Part shown: positions 60,174-64,000 of the stretch, one piece after another | Numbering within the stretch: position 1 is the first letter of the stretch | How the letters are laid out: the number at the start of each line of letters is the position of its first letter | Origin: Chrysomallon squamiferum | Taxonomy: Eukaryota; Animalia; Mollusca | Reading direction: 5' to 3' | Length of the DNA: 64,000 nt | Assembly (NCBI GenBank): GCA_012295275.1 | Contig: CM022677.1 | Coordinates: 372,001-436,000, forward strand | The notes under the pieces: model-generated | What the model saw: the letters and a program-made list of their open reading frames with translations, nothing else | Databases searched by the model: none | What the model was told of the DNA's origin: nothing | Made by a program: the position numbers and the translations under genes

Positions 60174-60314
60174 TTTGGCACATATTAAGATGGGGAGAAC
60201 TGATCCCACTTCATTTGATATCAGATCTGGAAAACACAAAAGTTGTAATTCTCTCGCAGCCTAGCAGACGATATACACATGATGTTGTCATGATACCAGA
60301 ACTTCTCCATTTAG
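59243..60314 (+). pseudogene. LigB-like gene coding exons 1 (59243-59781, ATG 59327) and 2 (60190-60314), copy 2; no downstream exon 3 in the window
   Basis: CCTTCAG| acceptor, signal-peptide-like start, LPHGGIALDP and STPHG. The AG|GTGAG...AAG|A splice gives an in-frame FPLR-WGELIP. Confidence 0.8.
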
Positions 60315-61556
60315 GTATTTCACTGTTTGTCTGTATGTCTGTAAAAATTACACACGATTTGTAAACATTAGTTTATTGGTTATGTAAAATGCCCTCGTCG
60401 CAGATTTGAGCTTCCTATTTTTTTTTTTTTTTTTTGACTTTATCAATATTTTGTAACAACTTTTGGACACCAAATGGATTATCGAAACGAGTCAAATGGA
60501 ACAAACAAAAAACAACAAAGATAATAAATAATAATAAGGAACAAACTAAAAAAAAAAAAAAATCTGGAATGACATCATTTTACAGGAATATATTATTAAA
60601 ATTTAATTTCTTTAAGAGAGAAAGTAGATGGTTATTAATAATAAAAATTATTTATGTGCTGGCATGTCTGTGTAGAAAGTCATCAAATCCTGCGTAGTTT
60701 AAAAAAAGAAAGAAAACAATTGTCAAAATTAAACGAAACAGTATCTGGGTGTTTTTTCCCACTCTGTTTGCAGTCTTGTTAGTAACTGTATATACTAACA
60801 GTTAGTTATTTACTACCAAATTTCTGTCATAATGTTGATATAGTGTCACGGAATTCAGATTGCTTAACTTTAACTGTTACTTCAAATCACATCAGCTCTT
60901 TTATTTTAAGCTCTGGAATTGAAATTGCTTAACTTTAATTATTACTACAATCACATCGCTCTTTTTATTGTTTCCGCAAATTTTTCAACTCCATGGCGTT
61001 GTTATTAAAAAAGGCTGGCTTTTAGTAATTAAGGAGAGAAGTAAGCGAAGGAAACGGTGAAGACGAGAATTCAGTCAGGCGGGGAAACCAAATGTTTTCG
61101 AATGACATTTTCTTTACGGACGAGTATGGTAAGTAATTGTCTATTCTTATTTTGATAGGGTGTAATGTGCAATTAACCTTTGTTAATAACATTTAAGGTT
61201 TTAATCTGTTCCCCGTGCCGATTCTTATTTTGTCTTGGTTCACTTTATAACCTTACTCGTATCATTAATCAAAATGATTTAAACGTATGTTTTATAATGT
61301 ATTATTATCAAGTCACCTGTATATCATAATTAAATAATTAATGTAAACCTTAACTTGTATAGTGGATAGGTAGACTTACTGATTTATACAGTTTGCTGTC
61401 ATTTTAGCGTTTATATTCCTTGTTAGGTGGCCATTAAATCACCTTGTTACCGTAAACTGAGCTTTAATAAAACATCCAAGGTGTTTAAAGGTGTAAGCCC
61501 CGTGACAGTCGTCTCTTTATAACACTCCACAGTGAACCATCATAACACATTTCTGA

Positions 61557-62732
61557 GGAAAACGAAAAAATGATAAAAATGGGGGAAGATTTGCTGACAA
61601 GAAAATCAGAGTCAGATATAAAAATTAACATTTTAAAATTCACCAAACTTCAAAACACAACTTCCGAGTTTCTGTCCAAATCTCGTTCGCAAATAGAAAA
61701 AGCAAAGTTTAAAATAAATCTGATAAAATCTGATAAAAAGGCAGAAATGTCAGTCCACATTGGAGAAATATCCACAAACATCCAGACAGACACACAGATA
61801 GACACACTCAAACACACAGACACCATTAACATAAAAACACAACACAGAGACACACAGATAGACAAACAGACAGACACACTCAAACACACAGACACCATTC
61901 ACATAAAAACACAACACAGAGACACACAGATAGAGAAACAGACAGACAAACTCGAACACACAGACACCATTAACACAAAAACACAAAAAGATTTCGAAAA
62001 TCCTCGCCCGGATTCCGTGCTCGTGTCAGGTGCAGACAAAAGTAAAATTGTTGTTAGTGATTGTTACAATGACTGTGTAAAATGTTTTTGTTTAGAAAGA
62101 AAATCACTGATAAACAGATACGAAACTTCCTCTGATCCATGCGATCTTGCTGAATCACGTGATAAGCGGGGTTATGTTGTTGTTGTTTGTCTGCCATATG
62201 AAAATAAAATATTGTTTCTAAAGTTGAAAAACTTCAAACTGATAAAAAAAAGTTAAAACTGTTAAAAAGTATCGGTATATCGCTGTGTTACCAGGCAACC
62301 GTCTCGCGGTCACTGAGTACAATCGGTGCTTGGACATACTGACAGACAGTGGTCAGCTCATTAATTCTATCTCAACAGATTTGATCCGCAGACCGAGGTG
62401 TCTCACAGTTCACGATCAATGTCTGATTGTTGTGTCAGATGATAACAGTTTAGTTTGTGTGACGTCATCAGGTGACGTCAAATGGGTGTCACGTGATTCA
62501 GACAAACTGAGAGACTTGACAGGTGTTACATGTGACAGGGAGGGAAATATTTTTGTTTGTAGTTATAGTAGAGATTGTGTTGTTCAGTTATCACGAGATG
62601 GTAACATTACACGTGACATCCTCACACGCCAGGATGTGCTGTACAGACCTCGGTTTATCTGTTGGGATGTCAACAAATTCTACGTGGAAAAGTGCAATGA
62701 AATACAAATATTTACTTGGTGTAAAAAGTTAA
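61557..62732 (+). pseudogene. TRIM-type coiled-coil and NHL/beta-propeller fragment, frameshifted, 5' truncated
   Basis: IVVSDCYNDCVKCF, PCDLAE, VVCLPYENKILF; after a frameshift, RPRCLTV, GVTCDREGNIFVCSYSRDCVVQLSRDG and RPRFICWD. A 24-aa (72-bp) repeat HTDTINIKTQHRDTQIDKQTDTLK lies in the linker. Fused at ~61556 to array intron sequence. Confidence 0.75.
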
Positions 62733-62986
62733 CTTCAAACGGTCTGCTAACTTCGATTCTCTTAAGTGTTTTGAAGTTGAAAGTCCACAGACATTTCTTT
62801 CTGATAAATAAAAAGAAAATCACTTATTTATTTATTGTAATTAATTTAGCTAATTTGTTTACTTTCTTTATTTTTATTTTTGTATTATGAATTATTTTGT
62901 CGTTAACCTTGCTAAGTTACAAAACAGATTTCACTTTAAAACAAACACTGATTTATTTTTGAAATTTTGACCCAGTTTTGTCAGTT

Positions 62987-63045
<59 letters not shown>

Positions 63046-64000
63046 TACATCTAAACTCTTCTATTATTTTGTAAAGTGGTTTATTTGAAAGAATGGTGTG
63101 CTATTTAAAATATACTTGTACCAAAAAATGCAATAAAATATTTATATGATAATAAATAAAATTCTTCTGTCTTTATTTCATTTAAATTTTAAAACTAGTT
63201 TACATTGGCTCATGATCTCTCTGTCTGTATAGCTACCTATATATTCACCTAGCTGTATGTATGTCTGTAGGTCTTTGTATATAATATAATTAATGTGTAG
63301 AATATCAGTTTGGTACAAAGTAGTTCACTGTTGAGATTTATTATAAATTTATTATTAACGGCTGATACAGATTATTGTTTTGGGGATCAACTATTCTTCT
63401 CCTTGTCCTTTTTATTCTGCTTAACATATTTTATATAATTCTCTCTTAGACATGAAGTTAAGTTTTATTTATTTATATATATATTTATTTTTAAAATCAA
63501 AACAAACAAATAAAAGCAAAGAAGAAAGACATGCACACGTACACACAATAAAAATGAAATCAGAGAAACAATCGCACAAACGAAAAAACACAAAGGAAAC
63601 AAAAAAAAACCATAAATTATAATTATATAGACACTGATACATATAATGGAAATAACAGATAAACCACGCACAAAGTATACTTATATAGATACTCACACAG
63701 ATAACTTCATAATTATACCAGCGTCAGCGATGCGGCCATTGTAAATTATTGGAAAAATTATAATATTTCCGAATACGTTAATTCTGATTTAAAACCAACA
63801 GCAAGTAGACAAGCTAGTTTTGTTAAAAATACAGATGATTTTTTATCTAACATATCAAAAACAAAAATACCACCAAACTCCTTTTTAGTCACCCTGGATA
63901 TTGATCACGTAAATGTAAAGAGAAAGATAAAATAATTTTACAATTTACAATCGCCGCAACGTTGACGTTGGTAAAATTATGCGGTTATCTGTGTGAGTAT

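Overview
AT-rich animal genomic DNA. The 5S rRNA sequence and gene families suggest a lophotrochozoan, probably a mollusc; this is an inference. There is a 200-N gap at 32705-32904, and I see no clearly complete protein-coding gene. From about 12.4 to 61.5 kb the window is a nested, partly inverted segmental array built from three components: (i) exons of a secreted LigB/extradiol-dioxygenase-fold gene in permuted order, (ii) a microsatellite-punctuated ~3.3-kb cassette carrying a 5S rRNA gene (5 copies), and (iii) two different I-group LINE families with APE, RT and RNase H domains (called A and B here). The most notable signal is that A and B are inserted in different paralogous copies of the same short target, in the same orientation, 32 and 44 nt downstream of a TATA-like box. 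Each has its own target-site duplication (TSD), and both end in GCACGT(T)AA plus a (CCATT)n tail. The 5S cassette itself sits inside the RNase H region of LINE A, flanked by a 20-bp duplication. Also present are a Buster-type hAT whose end abuts a 5S 5' end, a degenerate CxxH-type DDE transposase, a Tc2-like MITE, MCC-like and TRIM/NHL-like pseudogene fragments, and minisatellites. All coordinates were read by eye; element boundaries without a quoted junction are approximate.
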